Assembly: GCA_951406725.2 (NCBI GenBank)
Contig: OX597815.1
Location: forward strand, 101,680,001 to 101,744,000
From: Octopus vulgaris
Lineage: Eukaryota
Length of the DNA: 64,000 bases
Direction: 5' to 3'
Shown here: positions 1 through 16,420 of the stretch, one piece after another
Layout: the number at the start of each line of letters is the position of its first letter
Numbering within the stretch: position 1 is the stretch's first letter
Notes under the pieces: model-generated
The model's database searches: none
Seen by the model: the letters and a program-made list of their open reading frames with translations, nothing else
What the model was told of the DNA's origin: nothing
Program-made: the position numbers and the translations under genes

Positions 1-255
1 GCGCATAGCCTAGTGGTTAGAGTGTTGCACTCACGAACTTGCGATCGTGATTTCGATTCTTTGACAGGATGCTGCGTTGCGTTCTTAAGCAAAACGCTAT
101 CATGTTGCTCTACGATCACTTTGACACCTGTCGTATGGTACACCATGCACCTGTTCATTTGATGGGGTGGGGAGTGAGTTAATGTGCAGCACATTTTTGA
201 TTACTGTAAAAAAAATCCTCTGTACAGCTTGTTCAGTAAGAAATTGCAGAGCCGT
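1..255 (+). mobile_element. Degenerate tRNA-derived SINE
   Basis: A-box-like TAGCCTAGTGGTTAGAG and B-box-like TTTCGATTC at the start; head resembles the SINE at 18270-18570. Confidence 0.55.
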
Positions 256-321
<66 letters not shown>

Positions 322-698
322 TGTGTGTGTGTGTATGTGTGGAGTTGGTTGGAAGAATATCTTTTATCCATGCCATTAGCAAGTATTCCAAAACAGGTTT
401 GATGCAGTCAATTTAGTGTTGAATAAGAATTATTGCAGTTTATCAAGTTATAACTGCAATTTGATGGGTGACAAAGGTTAAAAAAAATGAAAGAGGACGG
501 TTGGGAGAGAATATCTGATGGTTTTATGATCTAGGGAGGAAAGATAGTACGTAGTAGTTAAGGAAAATCTTGGAGATAGATAAAATACGGGTAACGAGAG
601 GAAGCGAGACATGTGATCAAGAAGTGCCTACGTCCAGCCACCTCCAAAGAGCAGATGCCACATCTAGAGCAGGGGCTAGAGAATGTCGGTTGGTGAGC

Positions 699-734
<36 letters not shown>

Positions 735-914
735 GCATGCCTACATACACGCATACTGCATTCACATACTGCAGCTCTCGTAGTGCATGCAAAGGCATAT
801 CTCGCTCTGTGAAGCTTGGCCACGAAACGAGAAATGTGCAAACATCATAGTCTCCACTCGCTCTATCTTCCCAGTGATGTCTGCCTGTACAATATGTTTT
901 GCTTTATCTGTTAT

Positions 915-1280
915 TCCTTTGCTTGTTTCAGTCATTTGACTGCAGCCACGCTGGAGCACCGCCTTTAGTCGATCAAATCGATCCCAAGACTTAATCTTTG
1001 TAAGCCTGGTACTTATTCTATCGGTCTCTTTTGCTGAATCGCTAAGTTACAGGGACAAACACACCAATATCAGTTGTCAAGCGATGGTAGAGGACTAACA
1101 CAGACACACACATATATATACACGACAGGCTTCTTTCACTTTCCGTCTACCAAATCCACTCACAAGGCTTTGGTCGGCCCGAGGCTTCAGTAGAAGACAC
1201 TTGGCCAAGGTACCACGCAGTGGTACTGAACCCGGAATTATGCGGTTGGGAAGCAAGATTCTTACTACACAGCCACGACT
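915..1280 (-). mobile_element. SINE family A (tRNA head, CORE-like segment, internal microsatellite)
   Basis: Reverse complement matches 37437-37828, including tail GGCGGTGCTCCAGC...GACTGAAACAAG. Confidence 0.85.
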
Positions 1281-1920
1281 GCCAACATTGGTTAAAATAT
1301 AAAGATCTGTGTTGAGATACACACATATTCACACATATGCATGAGTATGTACATTTAATGATAATGTTCCAAATTTTGGCACAAGGCCAGCAGTTTCAGG
1401 AGATTGGTGATATTTGTTTTTATCGATTCCACTGGTATTTATCTTATTGACTCCGAAAGAATGACAAGCAAAGTTGGCCTCAGCGAGATTTGATTTCAGA
1501 AGACAAAGAATCGGAATGCCGCAAAACGGTTTTTCCGACGCTCTAACTATTCTGTTCATCTGTCATCTTAAACTTCGATCCATCACTAGAATAATAAATA
1601 ATAGATGTTGTAATCTACGATGATGACATCTTTATTAACCACAAGGATTACTCGTTGAACTTCTTAATACAGTGGTCTTGTGGGTAGAGGACATATGCAG
1701 ACAACGACATTGAACATTCTGGACAAGGTTCAATCTCACCCAGGGCCTGCAATCAAGGGGGTCTTACTAAAATTTTTAAAGGCAGTGCTCCAGCATTGCC
1801 ACAGTCAAACGACTGAAACAAATAAAAGAAAAAAAATAGCAAATTAAACAAAAAAGCATTTTTGGAGAAAATATGAGTTAATTCGATTAGTATTTTGCTT
1901 CTTTGATCAGCAGAACGATA

Positions 1921-2467
<547 letters not shown>

Positions 2468-2694
2468 CAGTGAGGTTGAGAAGTTAAGTACAGGAAACGG
2501 CGTTACTTCAGCTCGTCCTTAGCTGTGACGGCTAAAACAAACTAAAGAACAGCTGTTTTAGTTGTAGCTGTTGTCACTGCAGCTGCTGCTTCTTGCTGCC
2601 GCCGCCGCCGCCACATCCATCACCACCGCTACAGCAACAGTCGCAGCAGCAGCAGCATTAGTAACAAGAACCAAAATCAACAAAATATATATAT

Positions 2695-2736
<42 letters not shown>

Positions 2737-3024
2737 GTTCCACCAGTATCCCGCACCATCTCCCATCATTCCCAAACAGTCCCACGACATGGCTGAAATA
2801 ATAATAATATAGAAGTTCTGTGAACGGTAGTTGCTGTGATGACAGCAGTGGTTGTTTGGTGGTGGTGGTGGTGCTTGCTGATGGTAGCAATGGCAGTGAT
2901 GTCAGTCGTGTTACTGGTGGCGGCGTGGGTGATGGAGACGATAATGCGAGTGCAGATGGAAGTGACAATGGCATTCTCAATCGGCAACTTCAAAACTCTG
3001 TATTCGACCGTTGTATTCTCCGTG

Positions 3025-3252
3025 TGATATTGGCAGAAACGTTAGCACGCCGGGCGAAATGCGTAGCCGTATTTCGTCTGCCGTTACGTTCTGAGTTCAA
3101 ATTCCGCCGAGGTCGACTTTGCCTTTCATCCTTTCGGGGTCGATTAAATAAGTACCAGTTACGCACTGGGGTCGATATAATCGACTTAATCCGTTTGTCT
3201 GTCCTTGTTTGTCCCCTCTGTGTGTAGCCCCTTGTGGGTAGTAAAGAAATAG
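3025..3252 (+). mobile_element. SINE family B (tRNA head plus Nin-domain-like core)
   Basis: TGGCAGAAACGTTAG (A box), GAGTTCAAATTCC (B box), GCCTTTCATCCTTTCGGGGTCGATTAAATAAGTACCAG core; many copies in the window. Confidence 0.85.
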
Positions 3253-4191
3253 ATATACGTTGCACTCTGCAATTCGTTGCTAACATATTGAGCTAATGCT
3301 TCTGTTACTAATGCTTTTTAACTTTCCAAAGTTGTAAGGATCAATTACTGAACACCCCCCCCCCCCCCCCCACTTTTTTTTTGAATCTCAGGAGTTGCTT
3401 TTAGTTAGTCTTAATCGACACATGCATGATAAAAGCATTCTAACTACAACCATCCCGCCTGCTTCTTTCTTATTTTTTATTTTATTTTATTTTATTTATT
3501 TATTATTTTTTTTGTCATTCAGGCATATTTAGGATGTATCCATTTTTGGTTTTTAGAAAATAAGGTGTTCTTTGAGGAGATTTAGCTGTTACCTTAAAAG
3601 GTAGGGTATCTGGTAGAATTGCAGATTTTGTAAGAGACACTTTTTACGTTCTGTGACCAACTAAATCTTGTACTGAATTTGACAGAAATCAAGGGGAAAA
3701 AACAGAAGATATAAAGGGGGTTGGAGAGAAAGAAGGAGAGAGAGAGAGAGGGGGGGGGGGTGAATCAAGGTTGTAAAATTGATCAAAGGTTCATACTTCG
3801 GTTTTTTCACTCTCCTTCAAATCCAAATACTTTTCTGTTAAATACTTTTCTGTCAAAACACACACACACACACACACACATTAGTATACATACATGCATA
3901 AACATGCATACAATGAAATATATATACTTTCTAATATGCATGCACATACAGATGCATTGAATCACATACACTTATATTTACATACACTGGTATATTTATG
4001 TACATACATTCACGTGCAGTCAATGCATAAACATATCCTTATGCATAGACAGAAATACATCCAAACCCATATGCATATGCAAATACACAAGAGGATGCAT
4101 CCAAAGACATACATATGCAAATGCATTCATAGATAGAGGCACACACATATACAGATAGACTGAAAGAGTGCATTTACACAGATGTATTCGA

Positions 4192-4222
<31 letters not shown>

Positions 4223-4639
4223 TATACAAAGATACATTCAAACACACACACACAGATACATACACACAAACAAACACACACACATATATATTTATGTATG
4301 TATTTATGTATGTATGTATGTATGTATGTATGTATGTATGTATGTATGTATGTATGTATGTATGTATGTATGTATGTATGTATGCATGTATGTATGTATG
4401 GATGGATGGATGGATGGATGTATAGAACCCATTCAGATAAATACATATATAGACACTTGTTACTGTCTGGGCATGTCTGGTATAAGAATTGAGACACGCA
4501 CAAAAAAGTTCCAGTTAACTTCACATGTGATCTATTGATCAAAAAAAGAAAAAGAATAAGAATAAAAGAACGTCTATTCAATCACATTTGATTAATATAA
4601 ATCTATTACATCCGCATAGCAGTGAAGCGTTTGTAAAGA

Positions 4640-4815
4640 AACATTAAAGACCACTGAATCGACCGAAGTGTATCACCGGTATTCATATTATCCGCTCATC
4701 ACCTATTATACTGTCTTGCAACCCACACCTAATCTCCACACCATCGCATGAACCATCATACCCAATCCTTCTTCTATACTACGCAAACCATCTGGAACAC
4801 CTTCCCGCCTTGCGC
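4640..4815 (+). mobile_element. Old LINE 3' remnant (CR1/L2/Jockey group)
   Basis: Translates NHHTQSFFYTTQTIWNTFP, resembling the SFF..r....WN.LP ORF2 C-terminus. Confidence 0.4.
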
Positions 4816-5360
4816 ATGGTTTATCTGTAATCGTCTCGTCGCAGTTGTTTGTCAAAAACAGAACAAAGAGGCACAACATCGATCTTGGCCTGAGAAGTCA
4901 ATGGGGATGGTCACACCCCTTCTAGATCTACTGCACACGATTTATATACAAGTCACTAGTTTATTCACAATTGCCTAATATATACATACGCACATATACG
5001 CAAACACGCCAGAGAGAACATAACAGTTGTTTATTTACAACCATAAACAAGTGTACAGACAGGGAGACCAAACAGAATTTGACGCATATGTTTGCATTAG
5101 GCCGACCGTTCATGTAATAAGATCGCGTTCGGCCACAGTAGCGTGATATTTTGCAGTTCGAGGGGTGATGGGGGTGGCTAGGCACTCCAGTGGCGCAAGC
5201 CTGCATACCTTTTTACACACACACACACGAACATTATTCGAACAAGCCTCAATTGGCTGATTTAGAACATCTATTTTTATATATTGATCGACTATTATTC
5301 ACAATCTATTACTTTGCCTATAGTAAGAATAGAAATGTATTTCAAAACCAGTCTCTCTCT

Positions 5361-5422
<62 letters not shown>

Positions 5423-6258
5423 ACTAACTCTTTTTCTCGCTTCTTCTTCTTCTGTCCATCTGTTTCAGTCTCCGTCTCTCCACGATGTTTTTGAAGAAAA
5501 AGACATTTTCTAATTGGATATTTTTGACGAATGGAAAAAACAAAATTAAACTTGCATAAATATTAATTAATCACTAATTAATTACTATCGCAACAATCAG
5601 CAAACAGCAGAATTAAAAAAAAAACAATTAAAAAAAAGCATAACTAAACATTTACAGTAAAAGAAAACAAAAGTATTACCGAACAAAAATTTTAATTGAT
5701 TTATAATAAAGCTAATAAAATTTTTTTTTTTTTAAAGAAATCAAAAAAAGGTGGAGAGGAGAGGGAATTGTTGAAATTAATGGTAACCAGCCGAAGTTGT
5801 TATTTATCGAACAATCATTGACCGGCTGACCGGCGTGTTGGAGGGTGACATAAAAGTTAAGCTAACGGCACACACAGCCATGTTGTTAGTAAAACATATG
5901 GAACGTTATATCCACCGTTGTTATTAATTATATAAATGACGTATGCCACCGACAGGGTTTTTTCCCCCTACCCAATGTACTGCTAGCAAGTCAGCGTGCA
6001 GTTTCGCTCGCAAGGTTTGGATCGGCTCGAGGTTAGGTTAAAGTCTATATATAAAGATTGAAAAAAAAATATATAATAAAGCGAGATCGAACACGGGACT
6101 TTATGATTGCGAGGCGAACTTAAACACTCGACTAAGACTATGTTTATATATACGCTTACATATGTTCACTGTTCACGGTACACATGCGCATAAATATACA
6201 CAGACCCAACAACACACACATGCATATATGAATATGCGTATATATTTGTGTGTGCGTG

Positions 6259-6317
<59 letters not shown>

Positions 6318-6454
6318 GGATAGAGAGAGAGGGAAGGAGAGAGAAAGAGAGAGGGAAGGAGAGAGAGAAAGAGCGTTATTCACAATGTACTTTCTATATT
6401 TGAAGACTTCGTAAAACGTTCGTTGTCAGCTAGCAAACATATTGTTGATGTTGC

Positions 6455-6670
6455 TGTTTAGCACCAGGCCGGGCTTTTTTCAAGCCGATCGACATCAAAA
6501 GCATTCGAGCCGGGCTCATCATCTTTTTTCTCTCCTATATGCATGGAGCAACCCACTGCCATATAACCCAAAGTGTTCCTTTCTACGACGGTAGAGAAGA
6601 GGAAGGAGTGAAAATAGGCTATTTGACTGCTATTTCTAGCGATCTGAGCCACTATGTAGACACCCCATCA
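6455..6670. repeat. Old dispersed repeat family
   Basis: GTTGTTTAGC..CAGG...CAAAAGCATTC...TTTGACTGCTATTTCTAGC pattern; related copies near 3395-3600, 13540-13860, 38940-39030, 63700-63880. Confidence 0.5.
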
Positions 6671-6829
6671 CTGATTCGTCGATCAAACATATTGTTGATT
6701 TAAGAACGTACTAGCAGTTTTGTGCAGCTAAAACTTGAGACACAAACGGAGTCAATTATAATTTTCATTTCTATTAAAAAGAAAAATCTAAAAAATAAAT
6801 TGATAGAATTGAGATGTATTTGCAAAATA

Positions 6830-7023
6830 TCCTTTCTCCTATTGGCTCAAGGTCTGAAAGCTTTGGGGAGGGTGCTTGTCGATTAACAGGTACTTATTGA
6901 TTCCGAGAGGATAAAAAGCTAAGTCGACCTCGGCGGAATATGAACTCAGAACGTAAAAACGGACGAATGCCGCTAAGCATTTTGCCCAACGCGCTAATGA
7001 TTCTGCAAGAACACAGCCTTATA

Positions 7024-7067
<44 letters not shown>

Positions 7068-8200
7068 TAATATTTTCTTCTAAAGACACAAGGCTTGAAA
7101 TTTGGGGGAGAGGGATAGTCGATTACATCGACCCCCAGTACTCAACTGGTACTTATTTCATCGACCCTGAAAGATGAAAGTCACAGTCGACCTCAGCGTA
7201 GTTTGAACTCAATGTAGCGACAGACGAAATACCGCTAAGCAATTCGGCCCGCATGCTAACGATTCTATGTGTTTTTAACATAAGCATATGGCCTGAAACA
7301 GTGAGTGCTGCGAGGTTATAGCCAATTGTATAGACCTCAGTATATTACTGTAAGTACTTTTTGCCTCGATGCCATGTCCGCCCTGCTGGAATGATGAAAA
7401 CATGTTCGACCCTAGAATATTTTGAACAAAAGATTTTTAAAATTATAAACCACGAGAAAGTTAGAAGATCATACCACCCTCAACAAGATTCAAACTCAAG
7501 AAGCAGAGAAATATAATTAAATATTACATGACATTTTGTCAGATTTTGCTCCCCACCAGCTTTAATGAATAATAATTGTTTCTAATATTGGCACAAAACC
7601 AGGAATTAGGGGTTGGTCGATTAAGTGGGTCCTCAGTAATTTGATTGGTACTTGATTTTATAGGCAACGGAGGGATGAAAGGAAAATTTGGCCTCGAAGT
7701 CATTTGAACTCAGCAACAGTTGTAACCATATCACTTGTAATAAATAATCCTTTCTCCTATAGTCACAAGGCCTGAAATTTTGATAGATGGGGGTTAGTAG
7801 ATTACATCGACTCCAATTCTCAGTTGGTACTTAATTTGTCGACCCCGAAAGGATGAAAGAAAAAGTCGGCCTCGGCGGAATTTGAATTCAGAACGTAAAG
7901 ACGGACGAAGTGCCAATAAGCATTTTCACCGGTGCGCGAACCCGGTTCAACCATCTCGCAGTCTCTACCACCTTTAATTATGCTAGTTTCAAATTTAGGC
8001 ACAAGGCCAGCAATTTCGGTGGAGTGGGGCTAATCGATTATATCGACCCCAGTACTCAACTAGTACTTATTTTATCGACCGCAAAAGGATGAACGGCAAA
8101 GTCAACCTCGACGGAATAATGAACTCACGTAAAGACGGACGAAATGCCGCTAAGCATTTTGTTGCCGGCGTGCTAACGTTTCTGCCTGTTCGTCGCCTTT
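6830..8200 (-). mobile_element. Cluster of SINE family B copies (about 6830-7020, 7075-7265, 7750-7960, 7990-8200 plus fragments)
   Basis: Repeated CGACCCCGAAAGGATGAAAG..AAAGTCGACCTCGGCGGAATTTGAACTC motif, all on the minus strand. Confidence 0.8.
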
Positions 8201-8565
8201 ACTACCTTTAAAAGCATAAGTTACTTAATAACACTGTCACAGATCCACACACCTTCGCAAGGAGATGTTTGTTAGATGATGAAAGTAAGCAAACACTACT
8301 TTGGTACTTTATTTTACCGATCTCAGAGATATAGAAGAAGATAAAGTTGATCTAGACAGGATTTGAAAATTAAAAGAAAGGTTTAAAAAAAAATAAAGAA
8401 AAGTTAAGTTTAAAAGACTCATAAAAGCTTATCTAATCATTCATCTCTGTGTCGATCAGAATAGTTGACAAGTTGTTGACTGAAGTAAAATCAAAAAGAG
8501 AATTGACAGAAGGGAGAGAGAGGGGTGGTAGGCGAGAAGAAGGAAAAGTGGAAATAAATAGACAA

Positions 8566-9350
<785 letters not shown>

Positions 9351-9647
9351 TAAAATACGTTTATAATATGTTAATGTATACTCGTACATGTTATTTATAT
9401 CAAGGTTCGCCAGATAATGTGACGAAAAATCGAAACAGATGGGAAAGTTAGCGCCGTACACTAATCATCCATATGTGTGAGTTTGTCTTTGTGAACACAG
9501 CATTTTGGTCACCCCAGAACCGAACGTCACACCGTACATATTTCAACATGTTCAAGTCAGGCGAAAAGAATGGAATCCAAGTGTTGGTAAACTATGGACC
9601 ACCGGGCGGAAATCAGTCCCGATTTTCACCGTCGCCTTTATACAGTG

Positions 9648-9692
<45 letters not shown>

Positions 9693-10202
9693 TGGTGAGG
9701 TAGGATGCGGGTCAAGTTGGGTCAGCTAACTTCCGTATATTTTGTACACTGCGTGTGATTGTGTATGTGCGTATCTGTGTTCTTTGTGCATGTACGAAAG
9801 ATTACATATGGATGTTTATATGCATGTATGAATGCATATGTATGTGTGTGTGTGTGTGTGTGCATATATAAATATATATGCCTGTGTGCGTGTGTGTATG
9901 CATATATTTTTTAGATACAGACGAATAAGCTTTATACGCACATTTAATGTTCACAGAAAATAAACATTTGAACGTGAGCAAAAGTCGCTCTCTATATTGT
10001 GTGCACATGAAGTTGTGCATATATATATATATATATATATATGCGCAAAAATGCAATTGTATATGCACACGCAAACACACATACATTTGCAATACAAACA
10101 CAGTTCATAGCATCATACTTATCCATATTTTTATGCAGAATCATTCACATATGTTAAATGTTCAGATAAACATATGGACTTTCACCCTATATCTATATAC
10201 AT

Positions 10203-10300
<98 letters not shown>

Positions 10301-10778
10301 GGAGAGATAGACAGACAGGCAGACAGATACATAGACAAACAGCTAGAGAAATAAACACGCAGTGAGATATGCCGAGATAGGAACAAACACAGTTACATAT
10401 TATAGAAGCAAAAAATTCTAACCATCTGGTTGATATATTTCGTTTTTTTCAAAAGACGAACTTGCTTCAAAAAGATGAGAGCGTCTTTGTTAGCTTTTGC
10501 TATGTGTGTATGTGTGTGTATATATGTGTCTGTGCGTGCGTGTGTGCGCGCACGCGCATTTATGTGCACATGCATTTGTATGCATATATTTGTAAAACAT
10601 ATAGCCATATGTTTATGTTTACATGCATACACATATATATACTGGATGGCATGTTGTAGCTGTGGGCATATATCTGTGTTTATATGTGAATCTCAATATG
10701 CATATACACTCATTTTTTTTTTAATCAACAGAAAATGGAAGAATTGCAAATAAATAATTATTTTTCTTTTTTACTTAC

Positions 10779-11090
10779 CTGAGCCGACTTTACAAAACCA
10801 CGTGATGCTGACTATATATATATATATACACATATATATAAATATAGCTATGTAATAAATATGTGTGTATATATATAAATATATATATATAGGTGTGTGT
10901 AAGTATCAGTATGCTAATGTTACTTATAGTTAGTTGAATATTGGTAGTTTTACAGTATATTTATAACTAGTTATGTTTGTGCTTAAAAGATATATAACAT
11001 ACACTCGTTGTATACAACATCTGTTCCGGAGACTTGAAGACTCGCCTCTCATTTAGATGCAGAACGACTTTATATACTAACTGACGCAGT
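10779..11090 (-). promoter_or_regulatory. Candidate Pol II promoter and non-coding first exon
   Basis: On minus strand: TGCGTCA (CRE/AP-1-like, 11088-11082), TATATAAA (11076-11069), and a strong donor CAG|GTAAGTA at 10779/10778. Confidence 0.35.
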
Positions 11091-11574
11091 ACCGTCCATA
11101 TCATATTTGTAACCTTCCGCAAAATACATCAAAGAAAAGCATGAGTATTTCAATTAAGACAAAAATAAAAAAAATAATTATGGGCAAAGTTGTTGCAATT
11201 TTTAAAGTTATTTACACACATTTATTATTTAGTTTGCATAGTGTAATTACTTTTTGCATTAGCAACGCTGCTTTATGAAAATAAACGGATTACAAATGCC
11301 GATTTCATAGACCTATTTCTTTTAACCCAATTCATGTCAGACTCAGTTAAACATAAGCTTATGTCATTTCTATCAACTAAATATCCATTAATGCGCGAAG
11401 TGAAAAGGTGACCGCTAGCCAATCAGATTAGTGAATGGACTTGGCTTACACATGATTTTTGTATCGTCCGTCGAAACGCTTTTTCCTTCGGTCTATCTTT
11501 CGATTTCGTCTAACTGATATGTGTGTATGGATATATATGCTAGCTTCGCAGTATATATCTGTTATATTTTGCTT

Positions 11575-12110
11575 GCTTCAGTCACAGGACTGCGGTCATG
11601 CCGGTCTAGCACCTTGAAGGATCTAACCGAATAAACCGACCCTAGTATTTATTTCTATGTCTGCTATTTGCTCTATGGGAGTCTTTTGTCAAACTGCTAA
11701 GATACGGGAGTGTAAACAAACCCACACCGTTTGTCAAGCGGTGGTGACACACACGCACACAAACACACTGACACGCACACGCGCGCGAGCGCACACACAG
11801 ATGTATACAACGAATACTTCAATAGAAGCCTAAGTTGCCGTGTAGTGGGACCGAACCAGAAACCACATGAGTGTAAAGGGAGTTTCTTAACCACACACAC
11901 ACATACACACACACACACACTCACATACACACACACACATACACGGACAGTCGTACACAATATACACATATATATATAAGTTGCCTAAGTTGCCGTGTAG
12001 TGGGACTGAACCAGAAACCACGTGATTGTAAAGGGGGTTTCGTAACCACACACACACACACACACGGACAGTCGTACACAATATGCACACATATATATAT
12101 ACATATATAT
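11575..12110 (-). mobile_element. Degenerate SINE family A with tandem duplication of its head
   Basis: GCCTAAGTTGCCGTGTAGTGGGAC...ACGGACAGTCGTACACAATAT occurs at about 11828-11977 and again at 11983-12110. Confidence 0.7.
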
Positions 12111-12311
12111 ATATTTTGTCTCTTTGTCGTTTCTCTTGGTACTGTATGAACATTTAAAGTGGTTCTAGAGTCAAGTTTTGGCTGCTATTTCCAGCGTGGT
12201 GGTATCTCTTATATACCCTAAATTATAATTTTAATAATAATTATTACCTTTGAAGGTTTTTATTCTCATGCTGGCCACCTGATAAGATCGGTATTTAAAT
12301 AACGATCTTAT

Positions 12312-12393
<82 letters not shown>

Positions 12394-12437
12394 TATATAT
12401 ATACATATATATGTACATATACATATATATTTACATT

Positions 12438-12491
<54 letters not shown>

Positions 12492-12540
12492 CACAAATAA
12501 ATACACACACAAACACACACATATACACATATATATTTGT

Positions 12541-12589
<49 letters not shown>

Positions 12590-13722
12590 CGTGTATGTGT
12601 GATTGTGTGTAATAGCATCCAAATGTCCCTTACATCACAACTCTTGTCATCTTAGGAAAAAAAAGTGGAGAAACACAGTCGAAAGAAACACATATGTTCA
12701 ACACAGAATAGAAAAACACAGATGACTCTTAGATATCAGACCTGGGCTTAAATAACCCACTCCCAAACGACGACGATAACAACAACAACAACAACAACAA
12801 CAATAAAAAGCAAGCGAACAACACCGTCAGTATAAATCCTACATAAATATGAGAGAAGAGAGGAAACGTTCCCATATGAACTTGTTGATATCTAAAGTTA
12901 TAATAGCTGAGAGGCAAGTACCAGGGAAATGCTTCTATTGTGTGTTTCATTTAAACTCTAGCTATCCTTATCAATGGGTGGTGATAAGAAAGAGCATTAA
13001 AGAGATAACAACTCAGAAGAGATGAGATTATAAAGGAGGCATTTACATCAGAGGTTCTCTGACAAATACCCGCTCCAGAGAAAAATATAATTGAATTTTT
13101 ATTTATTTATTTTTTTGTTGCACCACTTTATCAATGAGAAGACAAAACAATTTTGTTATATCTCGGGTGGGTCATTTTGCCAATAATAAACACATGCACT
13201 GGTTCAGTTTCACGTCTTTATTATTGATGATATAGCTGGTTAGCTATATCATCAAATTACTAATCGGTTGTTAAATTAATTTGATTAATCAATCAATCAG
13301 TTGTATTATTCAAATTCTTTTCGTCGTTATTCGCGATCTCTTGAATGACACGTCTTCTCTACTCCGGATCAGCTTCAGGTCTGCTTCAAAACAACACAGA
13401 ATAGTTTGTATCCCTATAATTCTTCTTTCTTCGCCATCGGGCAGGGCAGGTTTAAAAAGTTTAAAGTCACTTTAATTTTATTAAACCTTGAAATTTGTCC
13501 TCCCCTTCGCAATCTTTGCTGTCCTTCCTTTCTCCCGTAGAAACACAGCTTTACTTGATCTCTGAGCCCACTAGAAACAGCAGCTAAATCTCACTTAAAT
13601 CACATTAATACCGTTTATAAGAAACAAAGACTTAGTTTTAGTTAAATGAAACTGGTCTGGAAAGACTGGATGGTAACAGTCGGAACGTTTTTGACCATAG
13701 GTCAATTGGATCGAATATAACG

Positions 13723-13801
<79 letters not shown>

Positions 13802-14027
13802 GTTGTTGCCTAGCTCCAGGTTGGGTCTGATTGAACTCAACTGTAATGAAAAGCATTATTTTAAGTTTTCTTGTGTATGTGAGTGGAAAGATGAGCAGAT
13901 GAGCATTAGATATTTTGGACCACATTAACCAATGTTTATATATATATATATATGCACAGTTTAACATAATGCACATCAATTACTTAAAGATAGTCACACA
14001 TAGCTACAAGCATATAATCCTATACAA

Positions 14028-14059
<32 letters not shown>

Positions 14060-16420
14060 TGGTGCAATGAACGAATAATTCAGTTCCTATCTTCTATGGT
14101 TTTTGAAACTGTATTACTTTGAAGGGGAAGTTTGAACGAAAGCATTCCAATTATATACTGCCCATATATTTTGCATGAAATAAGATTTTCTCCGGTTATT
14201 GTTACAGATACTGGCAGAACATGTTAAATAAACAATCTAATATCAAACTTTGAATGTGAAGCAAAATATTTTCTACCTTCCACGGTATTTGAAGCTGCAC
14301 GCTCACGTTTTGAAGATGTGATTGTTTAAAAAAAAAACAATAAGGAATTTTGAAAACAATGTATTTAAACCTCAGATGACTTTTACCCGATATTCATGGT
14401 TCAGCCTCATTTCAGTACCGTGAAACAGTCTTTTGATATGTCAGAGCAACAAACCATGAAGCTAGTCAGAGAAGATGTCCCTTGGAAAATGATTTAGACA
14501 AAAACAAAACTTCAGGAGAGTCTGCATTTTCAGTGCCGGTTTACTATCTAATCCTCACTAACTTTGACATAATCATCAGGATTGTATGTGGGACGAGCAC
14601 AACAAGTGTGAAAGAAAAACCCACACTTAGAGTTTGATTCTACTATGTACAACCAAGCACTGATCCTTCTTGAAAATACTAAACAGACTATGACTGGCAA
14701 GAAGCGAAAACAGGGTGATTTACCACCTCCTGCACAATTTACTACTGCAACTCTCGGCTGAGAGCTTCTTTAGACAACTAAGAATAGCATCCAACAAATA
14801 GAACAATATGTCCGCTAAAGTGACTCATTCTTAGTTTCAGATAAAGGAAAATGTTACGCAAGGAGGAAACACTAAGTAACATTTGACTCGAAATAAGAAA
14901 TAGTTTTCATTGATGGTTTTAGAACAAGAACCAAAGGTATTTGAGCACAACAATTTTATTAAAAAATGGGTTGAGGCCGTCTGTTCTCAATGAAAGTTGT
15001 TGCATTTTGTTTTCAGGTGGTTGGTTTCTTTATTTTGTTTTTAAGCTGCCAGATAACTTTTTTTTAATAGAACGAGAATCCTGTGTGCAATATAGGCGAA
15101 ATATCTGGATAAGGAGAGTTCTCGAAGAAGGTCAAACTGAAAATATGAGATGATGGCACAATGTCCCATAAATTGGCATTTGCGACCCTCGATTTCAGCC
15201 TATATGTTCTCAGAGGTAAGAGTAACAGGCTGGTGGAGTCTCAGTCTTGTTTATGTCATTCTAATGATTTGCAGGTGGTGATGACTTGAGAATATCACTC
15301 AAAGAAACTTTTGCTTGGAGACGAGAGAGAAAAATCTCATTTTTCTACCAACTTGCATTGCTTAGTCGCAGCAGTTCGGTTTGAAAAAATTTTACTTTCA
15401 TTGGAGGAAATGGGCAGCTACCAGTTAGCAATGAGAGTGGGGATGACAAAATTCAAAAAAAAAAAAAGAAAAAACAGAAATTGTGAAAGGATTAAGCAGC
15501 TACGAAGAGATAAGATTAGCAATGAGAAAACCTTTATGTCAGATGTTCTCAAACTTACTCTCATCACCATTATTAATGTCTGGTGATTTGTATGAGCTTT
15601 CTCTCCTGGGTAACATCTTAGACAGATTTCGATCTCTCGTACAAAGACATTCTGGTGTTATGATAACTCGTTTGCATAGCCATTCGGAAAGACCTTGTCA
15701 GTTGTGAATGCTTGAAGGGTGCGGGCAAGCAATTATGTTTGAATAATGCAGACAAAGGAAAATTTAATTTGGTCATTGGAGTCCTTTCAATGTACATGTT
15801 TCCTTCTTGTTAAGCAAATTCACCAATATCATCTTCGTTATTCAAGTGCACACACAGGTTGGAGGTAAAGCTCAGTTACTGAATGTATGATCAAATATTG
15901 GATCTTTTCAGATCAGCATTGATTCGATCAGTTTGGGAATTACAGAGTTACTAATAAGTCACAATACAAGAAACATGGTAACTTCTCTTATATGTGTGTG
16001 TGTGTGTTGTCTTTGAGACCAGTATTGTCCAGTCTGATGCTCGTTTGTGGTTCATGGTTACTTTAGCTCAAATGATTAGTGGACAACAGATCAACGATAT
16101 ATAGAATCCACCCCACCACCTAATGGCACAAAGGTTACAATAATCGCACTCACCTTATAAACAAAATAAACATTTGACTAATGATGCATAAATCTAACGT
16201 TCAATATATTTCAGCGGTAATTTCTAAAAAACAATCAGGCGATAAAGTCTACAGAAATCCTATTTACCTGATATAAAAGAGCCAGTTATACAGACTACAA
16301 ACGTTGATGATAGATTTAGGAGCATTACTCTCTGCAAAGGAGTGCCAGGGACTCATAAAGAAACAACTTAATGAAAAATAAAGGAGATTATCTTTGCATG
16401 TTTCACAAATTTGAAATACC

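Noticed and set aside
9400-9642. Tc1/mariner-like MITE
   Set aside because: TIR match too weak by eye
14560-14590. CTGATGA on minus strand (also near 38985, 40110, 42765; CTGAAGA at 39603)
   Set aside because: No supporting stem I, GAAA and NUH arrangement
14060-16400. Possible decayed DNA transposon or host exons
   Set aside because: Only vague peptide hints (e.g. KGVPGTHK); no recognisable motif series or termini
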